Origin: a virus
DNA length: 64,000 nucleotides
Virus record (IMG/VR): IMGVR_UViG_3300045007_000107
Coordinates: 1-64,000 of that record
Direction: 5' to 3' (one strand)
Part shown: positions 1 through 9,616 of the stretch, piece after piece
How the letters are laid out: every line of letters starts with the position of its first letter
Position numbering within the stretch: position 1 is the first letter of the stretch
Made by a program: the position numbers and the translations under genes
Notes under the pieces: model-generated
Told to the model about the DNA's origin: nothing
The model's input: the letters and a program-made list of their open reading frames with translations, nothing else
Database searches by the model: none

Positions 1-1
1 C

Positions 2-376
2 ATCGAATGGGCCGTCAAGAATTGGGAGCTTGTCCGCCGCAAGATATCGAACACCGACAAGCCGATTGGCCCGCCCGTCCCCGACATGCGGTACGTGGTC
101 TATCAGATCAGCCGCATCCACACCGCCTACCGACAGAACCGAGACGCCGCAACCCTCGATCTCTCGAAACGCCGACAGTCCGTGCAGCCGGCTGCAAGCG
201 AACCGCCCGCCTCCCCGGCCCCTAAGCTCCCCGCTCGCACCGCACTAGCCCACAAGCCCGCCACAACGCCCCGCAAGCCTCTCCCCAAACGTCCCCCGCC
301 CTCCCCCCAGCAAACCGACGCCGTTCGCGAACGCTACGGCCTCCCCCGGTTTGAGGACATCAGGAAGTCCCGCTAA
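2..376 (+). CDS. hypothetical protein, 5'-truncated (possible replication initiator by position)
   Basis: Frame open from base 2; stop overlaps next start (TAATG); upstream of loader-like gene and DnaB. Confidence 0.6.
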   Translation: MEWAVKNWELVRRKISNTDKPIGPPVPDMRYVVYQISRIHTAYRQNRDAATLDLSKRRQSVQPAASEPPASPAPKLPARTALAHKPATTPRKPLPKRPPPSPQQTDAVRERYGLPRFEDIRKSR

Positions 377-918
377 TGGAACCCGAAGAACTTCACGGCT
401 TGCTCAACGCCGCCAAGGTCCCCTACCGGTTCTGGAACTCGCAACTCTCGGCAGACCCGGACTTGGATCGGCTCCGCGCTTACTTCCTCCCCGAGGCCGG
501 TCCCTTCGATGGCGACTTCGAAGCCGGTATGGGCGCGGTGTTCAACGGACGCAGCAACCTCCTGAACCGGGCTGTGCCGCTCGCGGCGCGGTCGATGGTC
601 CTCTATCGCAAAGAGATCGTGTACGCCGAACTCAACGATATCATCGAGGATCGTGACGAACCGGACAGCGAACGCCTGCTGTACACGGCGGCCTACGAGG
701 TCCAAGGTCTGGTTATCGATCAGTTCTACCAGAACGGGATCGAGTGCCCCTACGATGCTCGCCAGCGCCGCATCATCGAGAGCCTGATCCGCACGAGGAT
801 CAATGCGAAGATGCCGACGTACTTCGGCTCGTCCGCCTCGATCCAGATGGCGCACCCCTGGTGGAGCCCTGCCATTCTCTGGTTGATCTCGGAGCATACC
901 AGGGAGATCACCCTCTAA
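376..918 (+). CDS. DnaC/IstB-like helicase loader, degenerate AAA+
   Basis: AKVPYRF N-terminal motif, LVIDQF Walker-B-like, LIRTRINAKMPTYFGS sensor-like segment; no Walker A; coupled to DnaB. Confidence 0.55.
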   Translation: MEPEELHGLLNAAKVPYRFWNSQLSADPDLDRLRAYFLPEAGPFDGDFEAGMGAVFNGRSNLLNRAVPLAARSMVLYRKEIVYAELNDIIEDRDEPDSERLLYTAAYEVQGLVIDQFYQNGIECPYDARQRRIIESLIRTRINAKMPTYFGSSASIQMAHPWWSPAILWLISEHTREITL

Positions 919-2297
919 TGCCCGAGGCATCGCTTGGCGTCCAACTGATATCCAGCCTGCGGCGGACAGGCTCGACATCGGCTCTGCGTGAGATCGACCC
1001 CGAGAAGTTTTTCAGCGATCCTGTCGAGCGCGCCGCGTTCAACTGGCTGCGCGACTATGTGCTACAGTACCGGGCCTTCCCCACCCCGGCGCTGGTACGC
1101 CAGCACACAACGATCACGACTGTGCAGACGACGCAGCCTGTGCAGTTCTATCTCGATCAAGCCCGAGAGCGGGCCTTGTACTATACCTTTGTCCCGATCT
1201 ACGGGCAGTTGCGGGAGGCGATGGAAGCCGCCAACCCGAATGCCGTCCTAGAGGCGGCCAAGGAAATGTCGCGCGCTGCCTCTGGCTTGCAGCGGTCTGC
1301 AACCGACTACGTGACTCTCGACACGGCGCTCGACGCGGTGCGGGAGGACTACAACATCGCGCGGCTGTCCTCGACCCTGCGCGGCATTCCGACGTACTGG
1401 CCCTACGTGGACGAGATCACCTCGGGTTGGCAGAACGACGACCTGATCTCTATCGTCGGCCGCCCCGGCGTCGGCAAGACCTATATCCTGCTGCTACTCG
1501 CCTATGCAGCGTGGCTGAACGGGTATTCCGTCCTGTTCGGTTCCATGGAGCTAGGTATGCTCCAATTGGCGCGGAGGTTGTTTGGTCTCCATGCCCGTCT
1601 TAATCCCGATCTCATCCGTAAGGGACGCCTGTCTACCCAGGTCACCCATACCCTCGATGAGCAGATGTCAGGTATGCGTAACGGAGTACCGTTCAATATC
1701 ATCGTGGGCGGATTTCGAAAGTCAGTTGACACCTTCCGCGCTGTTGCGGAAGCAACTTCTCCCGATATCATCATCGTGGATGCGTCCTACCTGCTTAAGC
1801 CGACTAAGACACGAGCCGGTAGTCAGGGTCGCCGCGAACAGGTCTCTGACACCATCGAGGAACTTAAGACGCTTGCTCTCGACTTGCGCCGTCCCGTGCT
1901 ACAATCCGTCCAGTTCAACCGAAACGCGGTACCGCACGTTCGTCGTGGAGCAGGGGGTCGTGGAGGAGAAAACGGTCCGGGTGCGGGATCACAACGGGAG
2001 AGCCCTGATCAGGATCGGAACAACCCGGTGGCTCACCTTAGTCTTGAGAAAATCGGCGAGACCGATGTCATCGGACAGGCGTCGTCCATCGTACTTGGCA
2101 TTGCCAAACCGCCAGCACCGTACAGCGAGGTTCAGCGGTGGATTGCCTTCCTCAAGGGTCGCGAAGGAGAGCAGGGCGTTATCAAAGTCAACTACCGTTT
2201 TCAGCCGGTAAACTTTGATATGATACAGGTCGGTCACGACCCCGACACGAACGAGCGGGTGAACGCCGAGAACGAACACATCACCGGAATGCTGTGA
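918..2297 (+). CDS. dnaB: DnaB-like replicative helicase
   Basis: GIPT..VDEITSGW, Walker A GRPGVGKT, SMEL, IIVDASYL, VQFNR, KGREG; ATG 918 in TAATG overlap. Confidence 0.95.
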   Translation: MPEASLGVQLISSLRRTGSTSALREIDPEKFFSDPVERAAFNWLRDYVLQYRAFPTPALVRQHTTITTVQTTQPVQFYLDQARERALYYTFVPIYGQLREAMEAANPNAVLEAAKEMSRAASGLQRSATDYVTLDTALDAVREDYNIARLSSTLRGIPTYWPYVDEITSGWQNDDLISIVGRPGVGKTYILLLLAYAAWLNGYSVLFGSMELGMLQLARRLFGLHARLNPDLIRKGRLSTQVTHTLDEQMSGMRNGVPFNIIVGGFRKSVDTFRAVAEATSPDIIIVDASYLLKPTKTRAGSQGRREQVSDTIEELKTLALDLRRPVLQSVQFNRNAVPHVRRGAGGRGGENGPGAGSQRESPDQDRNNPVAHLSLEKIGETDVIGQASSIVLGIAKPPAPYSEVQRWIAFLKGREGEQGVIKVNYRFQPVNFDMIQVGHDPDTNERVNAENEHITGML

Positions 2298-2303
2298 GGA
2301 ACG

Positions 2304-2510
2304 ATGGCCCGAGACCCCAAGCCCTTCATGGTCCCCTGTCCGACGTGCAACGGCACACGCTTCGCTACACATGAGGACAGGCACATCGACACCCGTGCAG
2401 ACATCTGCAAGACTTGTGGCGGCGAGGGCGAGATCCCTGCCGCCACTGGCACGACCGAGGAAAGCTCGTTCAATCACCGGATCGGCAAGGCTGGCGACAA
2501 GAGGGTCTAA
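2304..2510 (+). CDS. small zinc-finger protein (two CxxCxG motifs)
   Basis: CPTCNG and CKTCGGEG; RBS GAGGA. Confidence 0.7.
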   Translation: MARDPKPFMVPCPTCNGTRFATHEDRHIDTRADICKTCGGEGEIPAATGTTEESSFNHRIGKAGDKRV

Positions 2511-2512
2511 TC

Positions 2513-2770
2513 ATGGCGGATATGGTGAACCACCCCAAACACTACGGCGGTAAAGACAACCCGTACGAGACCATCAAAGTGATGCGTGCTCGCCTCACCC
2601 CCGAAGAATATCGGGGCGCCCTCAAGTTCCTCATCTACAAGTACAACGACCGAGCCCCGCACAAGGGTACGGAATTGGAGGACTACGAAAAGGCCCTCTT
2701 CTACCAGACCGAGCTTGCGCGGTTTACCCGTGAGCAGCACGACAAAGCGATGCAGCAAGAACACGCCTAA
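2513..2770 (+). CDS. DUF3310-family phage protein
   Basis: DMVNHPKHY...YKY..R..HKG..LEDYEKA.FY signature. Confidence 0.85.
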   Translation: MADMVNHPKHYGGKDNPYETIKVMRARLTPEEYRGALKFLIYKYNDRAPHKGTELEDYEKALFYQTELARFTREQHDKAMQQEHA

Positions 2771-2784
2771 GACGGAACCCTGTA

Positions 2785-5586
2785 ATGCCCCTGCGTCAGT
2801 TCAAGAAGCCAAGCTCTAGCCTTGCATCCGTCTGCAAGCTGCCGTGGATGGGCAACGAGCGCGGGTCGATCATGGTCGTGGTCGATCCCGTTATCGTGGC
2901 CGAAGAGGATCAGATCGAGCGCGTTCGCAAGCCCCTGAATTCCCACTTCCTCGACACCCTGGCTCCCCACATGCGAGAGGCGGGCATCAAGGGGCAGGAC
3001 TGCGTCTTCATCTCCGCTTGCCGTCCCATGACGAAGGACACCTTCGACCGCGACAGCAAGCTCGGCAACATCATCAAGGAAGACCACGACCTGTTTCTCT
3101 CGGCGTGGTCCGCCGTCAAGCCGAAGCTGATCATCACCCTCGGCAAGGCCGCAGCGCGACAGGTTATGAACCGCGCGGTCAAGGTCACGAAGGTTCGGGG
3201 CGTTGCATTCGACAGCCCGGCCCTCGGGTGCCCTGTCATGCCGTGCCTCGGTCTCGCTCACATCCTGCGAGTGCCTGAGCACATCGAGACGTTCGCCGCT
3301 GACATCAAGGAAGCCGGCCGTATCGTTCGTGACAAGTTCACGATCAAGGAAATCGAAACGGTCAAGGACTACCGGTGGACGACCGACCTGTCCGAACTTA
3401 TCGAGACGGTGAAGCAGTATCGTCGCGAGGGCAAGCGGCTGGTGCTCGGGCTCGACACCGAGTCCTCTAGTTTCGGCGCGTCTGAGTTCCCGCACTGGTA
3501 CGTCACCGAGACCAAGGTGCTGACGGTGCAGCTTACGCCGCGCGAGGGCTTGAGCTACGTCGTCCCGCTCAACTATCCCGGCTATCCCGTCTCGGACGTG
3601 ACGCGCCGAAAACTGATCTTTCAGCTTAAGGAAATACTAGAGGACCCCATCGTCGGGTGCGTGGGCCAGAACATCAAGCATGACTGGCTACAGTGCAAGG
3701 TAAAGCTCGGCATCAAGTTCCACATCGAGGATGACACCATCATGCTCGTTCACATGCTGAACGAGAACATGATCAGCAAAACGCTGGAAGACATCTCTCG
3801 TATCTACATTCCTCAAATGGCAGGGTACAAAGATGCGTTCGAACGAAAAGGCTACGACAAGTCGCGCATGGACCTTGTTCCTGCTGACGACATTCTTGCT
3901 TATTCCGGCGCTGATAGTGACGTTGTTCTGCGTCTTCGCGATATTCTCCTTCCTAAACTTAAGGCCGACGCCAAGCTTTGGAATTGCTATAGCCGGGTTG
4001 TGTTGCCTGCAATACGCGCTTTTTGCAACGTGGAACAGGAAGGTTTTCGGATTAACCGAAAAGCGCTTGGAGAGCTATATCAGAAGGTCGCGGCGCATCA
4101 GGCCGAGCAATACAAGAAACTGATCGACGCGATCCCGCAGACGATTAAGGATCAGTTCAAGGATACCGGTGTTGGCGTGAAGCCGACCCGTAAGGCGCTA
4201 CAGATCGCATGGCTGTTCGAGCATCCAGACGGTATGCGTCTCAAGCCTCGCACGTTCACCAAGACGGGCGAGATCTCCGCATCCAGTAAGCTGCACTTCC
4301 CGTACTTCGTGAACGCTCAGCCAATCGTCAAGACGCTGATCGATTACGTCAAGAACCAGAAGATGCTCGAAACCTTCATCGGGAAGGACGGACACTATGA
4401 CAGCGAAACCGGCCAGTGGATTGCGCCTACAGGTTTCTGGAAGTACATTTTTAACGAGTATGTCCGGCCTTCTTACCTCCTACATGGCACTGTCACGGGA
4501 CGTTCAAGCTCTCGTGATCCAAACGGACAGAACTTTCCAAAACGAGGCACATTCGCGAAGGCTTATCGAGCAGTTTTCGAAGCGCCACCAGGGTACCTCC
4601 TTGTTGAGGCAGACTATTCACAGCTTGAGCTTCGGATCGCAGGAATACTGTCTAAGGAACCCACATTCCTTAGTATCTACGCGTCAGGGGGCGACATTCA
4701 CTGTGCCACTGCGGCAGTGGTTATGGGAATTAGCCTCGAAGCCTTCATGCGACTCAAGGTCGATGACCCTGAGCAATTTGCACTCATGCGTTATCGGGCC
4801 AAGGCTGTAAACTTCGGCTTCATCTACGGCATGGGTTGGCGGAAGTTCATCGTGTACGCCAAGACGGAGTACGACATCGATTACAGCGAGGCAGAGGGCA
4901 AGCGTATCCGTGCGGCGTTCTTCGGCAAGTACAGCGCCATCGAAAGCTGGCACATCAAGGTCAAGGAATTCGTAAGGAAGCACCGCTATGTTCGCGCTAC
5001 TGATGGCCGCATCCGCCACCTGCCTGCTGTCGTGGTGGATGACGACGGAGTTGCATCATCTGCTGAACGTCAGGCGATTAACTCACCCGTCCAGGGCTTC
5101 GGATCAGACCTCGGCCTTGTTGCTATCGCTCTACTCAATGAACGCATTGACCGCTCTAAAATGCGCATCATTGGTTTCGTCCACGACGCTATCATCTGCA
5201 TAGCCAAGATCGGGTATGAGATGGAAGCGGCGCGGCTGATCAAGAAAACGATGGAAACCCTACCCCTCAAGGAATGGTTCGGTTTCGAGCCGCCCATCCC
5301 GTTCAAGTCGGAGGTTGCTATCGGTCACAATCTGGCAAAGACCATCGAACTCAACGACAACTGGATCGAGGACAAGCGGGTGCATAGCTTTGAGCAGATC
5401 AAGGCGCTCGACGCAGCCGGTGCGGCCAAGGGTAAACTCAGGAAGTCGCCAGACAAGCGTCACTTGCAGATAGCTGCAAGCGCGGCGCAGCGAAAGGCGG
5501 ATCGTATGCTGGCGATACCCCCGAAGCACACCCCCGCTCGCCTGCCCCTTCGCAAGGTCACGCTCGGCGCACGGAGGGCCGCATAA
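2785..5586 (+). CDS. polA: family A DNA polymerase with N-terminal UDG-like domain and 3'-5' exonuclease
   Basis: ExoI LDTES, ExoII QNIKHD, ExoIII YSGAD; TVTGRSSS, motif A DYSQLELR, motif B RAKAVNFGFIYG, motif C VHDA; N-term KPKLIITLG..A / TKVRG UDG fold. Confidence 0.97.
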   Translation: MPLRQFKKPSSSLASVCKLPWMGNERGSIMVVVDPVIVAEEDQIERVRKPLNSHFLDTLAPHMREAGIKGQDCVFISACRPMTKDTFDRDSKLGNIIKEDHDLFLSAWSAVKPKLIITLGKAAARQVMNRAVKVTKVRGVAFDSPALGCPVMPCLGLAHILRVPEHIETFAADIKEAGRIVRDKFTIKEIETVKDYRWTTDLSELIETVKQYRREGKRLVLGLDTESSSFGASEFPHWYVTETKVLTVQLTPREGLSYVVPLNYPGYPVSDVTRRKLIFQLKEILEDPIVGCVGQNIKHDWLQCKVKLGIKFHIEDDTIMLVHMLNENMISKTLEDISRIYIPQMAGYKDAFERKGYDKSRMDLVPADDILAYSGADSDVVLRLRDILLPKLKADAKLWNCYSRVVLPAIRAFCNVEQEGFRINRKALGELYQKVAAHQAEQYKKLIDAIPQTIKDQFKDTGVGVKPTRKALQIAWLFEHPDGMRLKPRTFTKTGEISASSKLHFPYFVNAQPIVKTLIDYVKNQKMLETFIGKDGHYDSETGQWIAPTGFWKYIFNEYVRPSYLLHGTVTGRSSSRDPNGQNFPKRGTFAKAYRAVFEAPPGYLLVEADYSQLELRIAGILSKEPTFLSIYASGGDIHCATAAVVMGISLEAFMRLKVDDPEQFALMRYRAKAVNFGFIYGMGWRKFIVYAKTEYDIDYSEAEGKRIRAAFFGKYSAIESWHIKVKEFVRKHRYVRATDGRIRHLPAVVVDDDGVASSAERQAINSPVQGFGSDLGLVAIALLNERIDRSKMRIIGFVHDAIICIAKIGYEMEAARLIKKTMETLPLKEWFGFEPPIPFKSEVAIGHNLAKTIELNDNWIEDKRVHSFEQIKALDAAGAAKGKLRKSPDKRHLQIAASAAQRKADRMLAIPPKHTPARLPLRKVTLGARRAA

Positions 5587-5592
5587 AGCCTA

Positions 5593-5621
5593 TTGCCCCC
5601 CTGCCAGACCTTTGCTATAAT
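5593..5621 (+). promoter_or_regulatory. sigma70-type promoter
   Basis: TTGCCC-N17-TATAAT. Confidence 0.7.
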
Positions 5622-5626
5622 CGAAG

Positions 5627-5752
5627 CATCGGACGGGGCTGGGGAGCCACGGGCGTCCGACAAGCCTCCGGTCAATCCTTACAGGGATCGACCGTCGAGC
5701 AAGGAAAGGGCTGGTAGGAGGGTTAACGCACCTCCCGCCGGCCCTTTCTTTA
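5627..5752 (+). ncRNA. candidate small structured RNA (~125 nt)
   Basis: Between promoter and terminator; stems TCGGACG/CGTCCGA, CGGTC/GACCG, GAAAGGGCTGGT/GCCGGCCCTTTC followed by TTTAT. Confidence 0.55.
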
Positions 5753-5822
5753 TGGACTGTACAATCCCATGGACAAAGAATATCGTATAGCCTATACTTA
5801 GCCTTGCAGCGGAGCTTTAACT

Positions 5823-6389
5823 ATGGCGACACACAAAACCCAAAAGTTCACGGAGCTTCGTGCGCGCGTCAACGCGTGGGTCGCGGCAAAGGCGAAAGCA
5901 CGGGAAGCTACGAATGCCCTCAACAAAGAAAGCACAAAACTCAAGAACACATTCAAAGCATGGCTCGAAGAAGCGAAGCTCCCGCCTGCAACCAAGCTGG
6001 AACTCGAAGACGGACGCTATTCTTACACCGCTTCCGTCACAGAGACGGTCGATCCGCGCGGTTGGTACAAGCTCTGGCAGGACGGAGAGATCACCGAAGA
6101 ACAGTTCTTCGACTGCCTCAAGGTTGGAAAGGCTCCTGCTGAGGCGGCTGCGGGCGCAGATCAACTTGCGACCATCACAACTTCGATCCCTGGTAAAAAG
6201 CGCGATATCCGGTTTGAGGAACTAGACCGGGTCGAGGGTCGGGAACTCGTTATCCTCCCCGAGACCGCCGCCAAGACGGGCGTCGCTCGTCGCTCCCCTC
6301 CCACCGTGCAGCCGTCTGCAAGCCCGGTCCCCAAGGTATCCCCTGCGGGCGGTCTGCGTAAACTGAGGATACCCACACATGGCCGATGA
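5823..6389 (+). CDS. hypothetical protein (coiled-coil N-terminus)
   Basis: ORF with RBS CGGAG. Confidence 0.8.
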   Translation: MATHKTQKFTELRARVNAWVAAKAKAREATNALNKESTKLKNTFKAWLEEAKLPPATKLELEDGRYSYTASVTETVDPRGWYKLWQDGEITEEQFFDCLKVGKAPAEAAAGADQLATITTSIPGKKRDIRFEELDRVEGRELVILPETAAKTGVARRSPPTVQPSASPVPKVSPAGGLRKLRIPTHGR

Positions 6390-6879
6390 CAACATCATCG
6401 CGTTCAACAAGGAAACCATCGAGGACCTCCGCACCAAGAAGGTTCTGCGCGAAACCGAGGAAACCATCGACCTGTCTCCGGTCGCTATCGGCGAAAAGGT
6501 CGTTGGTACTCTCAACGACTTCGAGCGTCCGCTGTTCGTGGAATGCGTGTTGCTCGACGCGGAGCTACGCGAACTAAGCCGGGAGCTACAGGCCCGGTCC
6601 CACGAACAGCTTGCTGATGCGGTACGTCGGTCGGCCGATCCAAGCAAGCTGATCGACAACCTCAACAAGGATATCCTCTTCCCGACCGCCGAGGATGCGG
6701 AAGAGTATTATTCCATCCTGACCCGAGTGGAATTGCTGCGGGCGCTGTTCAACGCCAGCCTGCGCGAACGCTTCGGTCACTCCGTCATCCTAGGCGTACG
6801 TCTAGGTTTCCAAGTCGCTCGTGTTCGGCTAAAGTACGACACGGCGGCCAACCTCAAGGCCGCGCACGGCCTCTCGTGA
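6379..6879 (+). CDS. hypothetical protein
   Basis: ORF with RBS GAGGA, GC3-rich codons. Confidence 0.8.
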   Translation: MADDNIIAFNKETIEDLRTKKVLRETEETIDLSPVAIGEKVVGTLNDFERPLFVECVLLDAELRELSRELQARSHEQLADAVRRSADPSKLIDNLNKDILFPTAEDAEEYYSILTRVELLRALFNASLRERFGHSVILGVRLGFQVARVRLKYDTAANLKAAHGLS

Positions 6880-6890
6880 AAGGTAGCACT

Positions 6891-7214
6891 ATGCTCGTCA
6901 AGCTCGGAGACATTTCCTTCCTGCGCTTCACCACCCGCACCGATGGCGTGCGCCTGGAACCGGTGACGAACATCCGCAACATCTCGGTGCGTCGCGTGTT
7001 CAAGGACCCGTCCGTCATCCCGACCGAGGCGCAGAAGGCCAACCCCGACAACTGGATCTCCGGCGCCGTGGTCGTCACGTGCGGCTCGTCGGTCATGCCC
7101 GGCACCGCGACCAATGGTCCGACCGTCGATTACGAGATCACCGAGACCCTCGAAGATCTCGACAAGGCGACCGGCTATACCTCCACCGCCTCGGCCGCCA
7201 AGAAGACGGCGTAA
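6891..7214 (+). CDS. hypothetical protein
   Basis: Strong codon bias, followed by terminator. Confidence 0.75.
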   Translation: MLVKLGDISFLRFTTRTDGVRLEPVTNIRNISVRRVFKDPSVIPTEAQKANPDNWISGAVVVTCGSSVMPGTATNGPTVDYEITETLEDLDKATGYTSTASAAKKTA

Positions 7215-7238
7215 CGGGGCACGTCCCGACTAAGCTTG

Positions 7239-7266
7239 CGGCCCAGGGAGACTTGGGCCGTTTTTC
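7239..7266 (+). terminator. intrinsic terminator
   Basis: CGGCCCAGG-GAGA-CTTGGGCCG then T-run. Confidence 0.8.
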
Positions 7267-7281
7267 GTTAGGGAGCCTGTA

Positions 7282-7584
7282 ATGTTGTATGAAATCGATG
7301 GCGTCAAGTTCCTCAAGCTCGATACCTACGACGGTATCCGCTTGTTTCGGATACGGGATATCGTGTCGATAGGTATAGGGCGTCGGCGTGTGCGCGGACC
7401 CCACGCTCAGTGGGTTAACATGCCGCAGGAAGAGATCGACCGTGACAAGCGCGAGAATTTTGAGGAATGCACAATTGTCGTGCTGGATAAGCACTTCAAC
7501 CCAGGGATAAACGGAGGAGGTTACCCGCAGGTTTATGTCAGGGATACCCTCGACAGCATCCTCAAGGTCAGGATCGCCTACTGA
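7282..7584 (+). CDS. hypothetical protein
   Basis: RBS GGGAG; stop overlaps primase start. Confidence 0.7.
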   Translation: MLYEIDGVKFLKLDTYDGIRLFRIRDIVSIGIGRRRVRGPHAQWVNMPQEEIDRDKRENFEECTIVVLDKHFNPGINGGGYPQVYVRDTLDSILKVRIAY

Positions 7585-8672
7585 TGAACCGCAAGGCAGT
7601 TCAAGACTTCGCGGTTCAGCTTCGGCTAGGACCGCCCTCTAATGAGTATCGCCCCAAGTGGGTGAACTATAGCTGTCCTTTCGCGCCGTGGACCCATCAA
7701 TCGAAGCGAGATCGGTCCAAGGGTTTCGGTATTACGTGCGACGAGGGCAAGCACTCGACGTTCTTCTGCATGACGTGTCATGCACGCGGCCCCTTCTCCC
7801 TGCTCCCCCACTCCCTAGGTCGCCGCCGTGGCGAGGACCTAGGGGCTATCGCCCAAGAGATCCAGCGCGCGGAGGTCTTAGGGCCTCGCGAAGTCTTGCC
7901 TTCTTGGGAGGATATCCACCTCAGAACGGACCCGTCTAATGAAGCGCTTGATCAGAACCCCGATGACGGAGGACTCCCACCCGCATCCGCTGAACTTGAT
8001 TACTTCTCGGCTGTGGGCCACCCGTACCTCCGAGAAAGAAAGATCACCGCCTTCACCACCGCCGCGCTCGGCCTTAGATATGACCGAGTCCTCCAACGCA
8101 TCCTTTTTCCTGTGCGCGATTACCGAGGACGGTTTGCAGGTTTTTCCGGCCGGAGCGTTATCGGTCCTGCCTACTTCGGAGAAGACGATAAACCCTACGA
8201 CCGGCACGGCGACAAATACCTCAAGGTTAAGGATTACTGTGGACTGCGAAAGCTGGAATTTCTCCTGGGGGAAGACACCGTATTACGATTGGGATCGCGA
8301 TATCCGAAGCCAGCGCCTATTATTGTCTGCGAGGGGCTTTTTGACTTCGCATGGCTTCGCCAGTTGGGCTACTGGTCTACTGTCGCTACTATGGGGACGT
8401 GGCTCACAGAGCCCAAGATCAGACGACTACGATCCTACAATCGTCCTATAATCCCGTTCATGGATAACGACGAGGCAGGGCGCAACGCACGTGATGAAAT
8501 CGTGCGCGCCTTTTGGGGACACGCCCCTGTTCTCGACGTTACTTACCCCGAAGAAATGGAGGATGCCGACCCGCACGCATTACCGCCAGTAGTAGTCCAC
8601 AATATGCTCCGCAATACTCGCCTAGTTACTACAGCACCGTTGACAAACAATGTCGCAACTGCTAGTTTCTAG
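7584..8672 (+). CDS. dnaG: DNA primase (Zn finger + TOPRIM)
   Basis: CPF..H...CMTC zinc finger, RILFPV..GFSGR, VCEGLFD, MDNDEAG. Confidence 0.92.
   Translation: MNRKAVQDFAVQLRLGPPSNEYRPKWVNYSCPFAPWTHQSKRDRSKGFGITCDEGKHSTFFCMTCHARGPFSLLPHSLGRRRGEDLGAIAQEIQRAEVLGPREVLPSWEDIHLRTDPSNEALDQNPDDGGLPPASAELDYFSAVGHPYLRERKITAFTTAALGLRYDRVLQRILFPVRDYRGRFAGFSGRSVIGPAYFGEDDKPYDRHGDKYLKVKDYCGLRKLEFLLGEDTVLRLGSRYPKPAPIIVCEGLFDFAWLRQLGYWSTVATMGTWLTEPKIRRLRSYNRPIIPFMDNDEAGRNARDEIVRAFWGHAPVLDVTYPEEMEDADPHALPPVVVHNMLRNTRLVTTAPLTNNVATASF
8640..8668 (+). promoter_or_regulatory. sigma70-type promoter for ssb
   Basis: TTGACA-N17-TAGTTT. Confidence 0.7.
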
Positions 8673-8742
8673 GGGCTGACTTCGGTCCAGCACGCAAGCA
8701 CAAGCTGACAAGCAAAACCCACAACTCACCCGAGGGTGTACT

Positions 8743-9603
8743 ATGCCGTTACCACGTCGTCCCATGCGCCCGCCCGTGCAGCCGTCTGCAAGCAAGCCGG
8801 CCCTTACCAAACGCCCTCTCGGAGGTGCCAAGCCTCCCGGCGCCAAAGCCGCTCCCCCGTCGATTGGCAAGGATGATCCCTTCGCCAAGGCGCGCAAGCT
8901 CAAGATGGAGGAAGACCGTCAGGCCGAAATCCGCCGCAACCAGCCGCGTGAATTCCGCATGAAGGTCGGCGAAGGCGGCGAGAAGGGCGTCGAGATCCTG
9001 CTGCTCGACACGGCTCGTCTCCCTGATATGCCGTTCTTCCACTACATGCACCGCTGGGGTTACGTCGAAGGCCAGCCCGGTTCCGGTAAGACCGAGGTCT
9101 GCATCCAAGACGGCCCCGATGGGTGCCCGCTGTGCGAGAGCCTCGGTCGTCAGGGCAAGTGGGAGATGGCGCTCTCCTGCATCGACAATCGTCCCTACAC
9201 CCCGAACAGCGGCCCCAACGCTGGCAAGACCGTGCAGCGCTCCAAGAAGCTCGTCACGGTCAAGAGCAAGATGATCCCGAAGTTCGAACGGCTCTACAAA
9301 GAGCACAAGACCTTCCGGGGCATGGTCGTGCGTCTCTTCCGAGACAACAAGCAGGACGAGTCCATCGGCTCCGATGTGCAGTTCGTCCGCTTCCTCAACG
9401 AGACGCAACTCGCCAAGTACGCCGACATGGCGAAGCCGGTCGATTACGAGAAGGCGTTCCCGCGCCCGACCTACGATCAACTCGCCTCGCAGCATGGCGG
9501 CGGCAACTCCGGGGGCGGCAACCGTAGCAGCGGCGGCAATTCTCGTGGTGGGGCTGGAAGCGCGGACTTCGATGGGTCCGATGACGACTCGATCCCCTTC
9601 TAG
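8743..9603 (+). CDS. ssb: single-stranded DNA-binding protein (gp32-like)
   Basis: H..C..CPLC zinc site, Gly-rich linker, acidic C-terminus DDDSIPF. Confidence 0.8.
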   Translation: MPLPRRPMRPPVQPSASKPALTKRPLGGAKPPGAKAAPPSIGKDDPFAKARKLKMEEDRQAEIRRNQPREFRMKVGEGGEKGVEILLLDTARLPDMPFFHYMHRWGYVEGQPGSGKTEVCIQDGPDGCPLCESLGRQGKWEMALSCIDNRPYTPNSGPNAGKTVQRSKKLVTVKSKMIPKFERLYKEHKTFRGMVVRLFRDNKQDESIGSDVQFVRFLNETQLAKYADMAKPVDYEKAFPRPTYDQLASQHGGGNSGGGNRSSGGNSRGGAGSADFDGSDDDSIPF

Positions 9604-9616
9604 CCCAGTGTGACCC

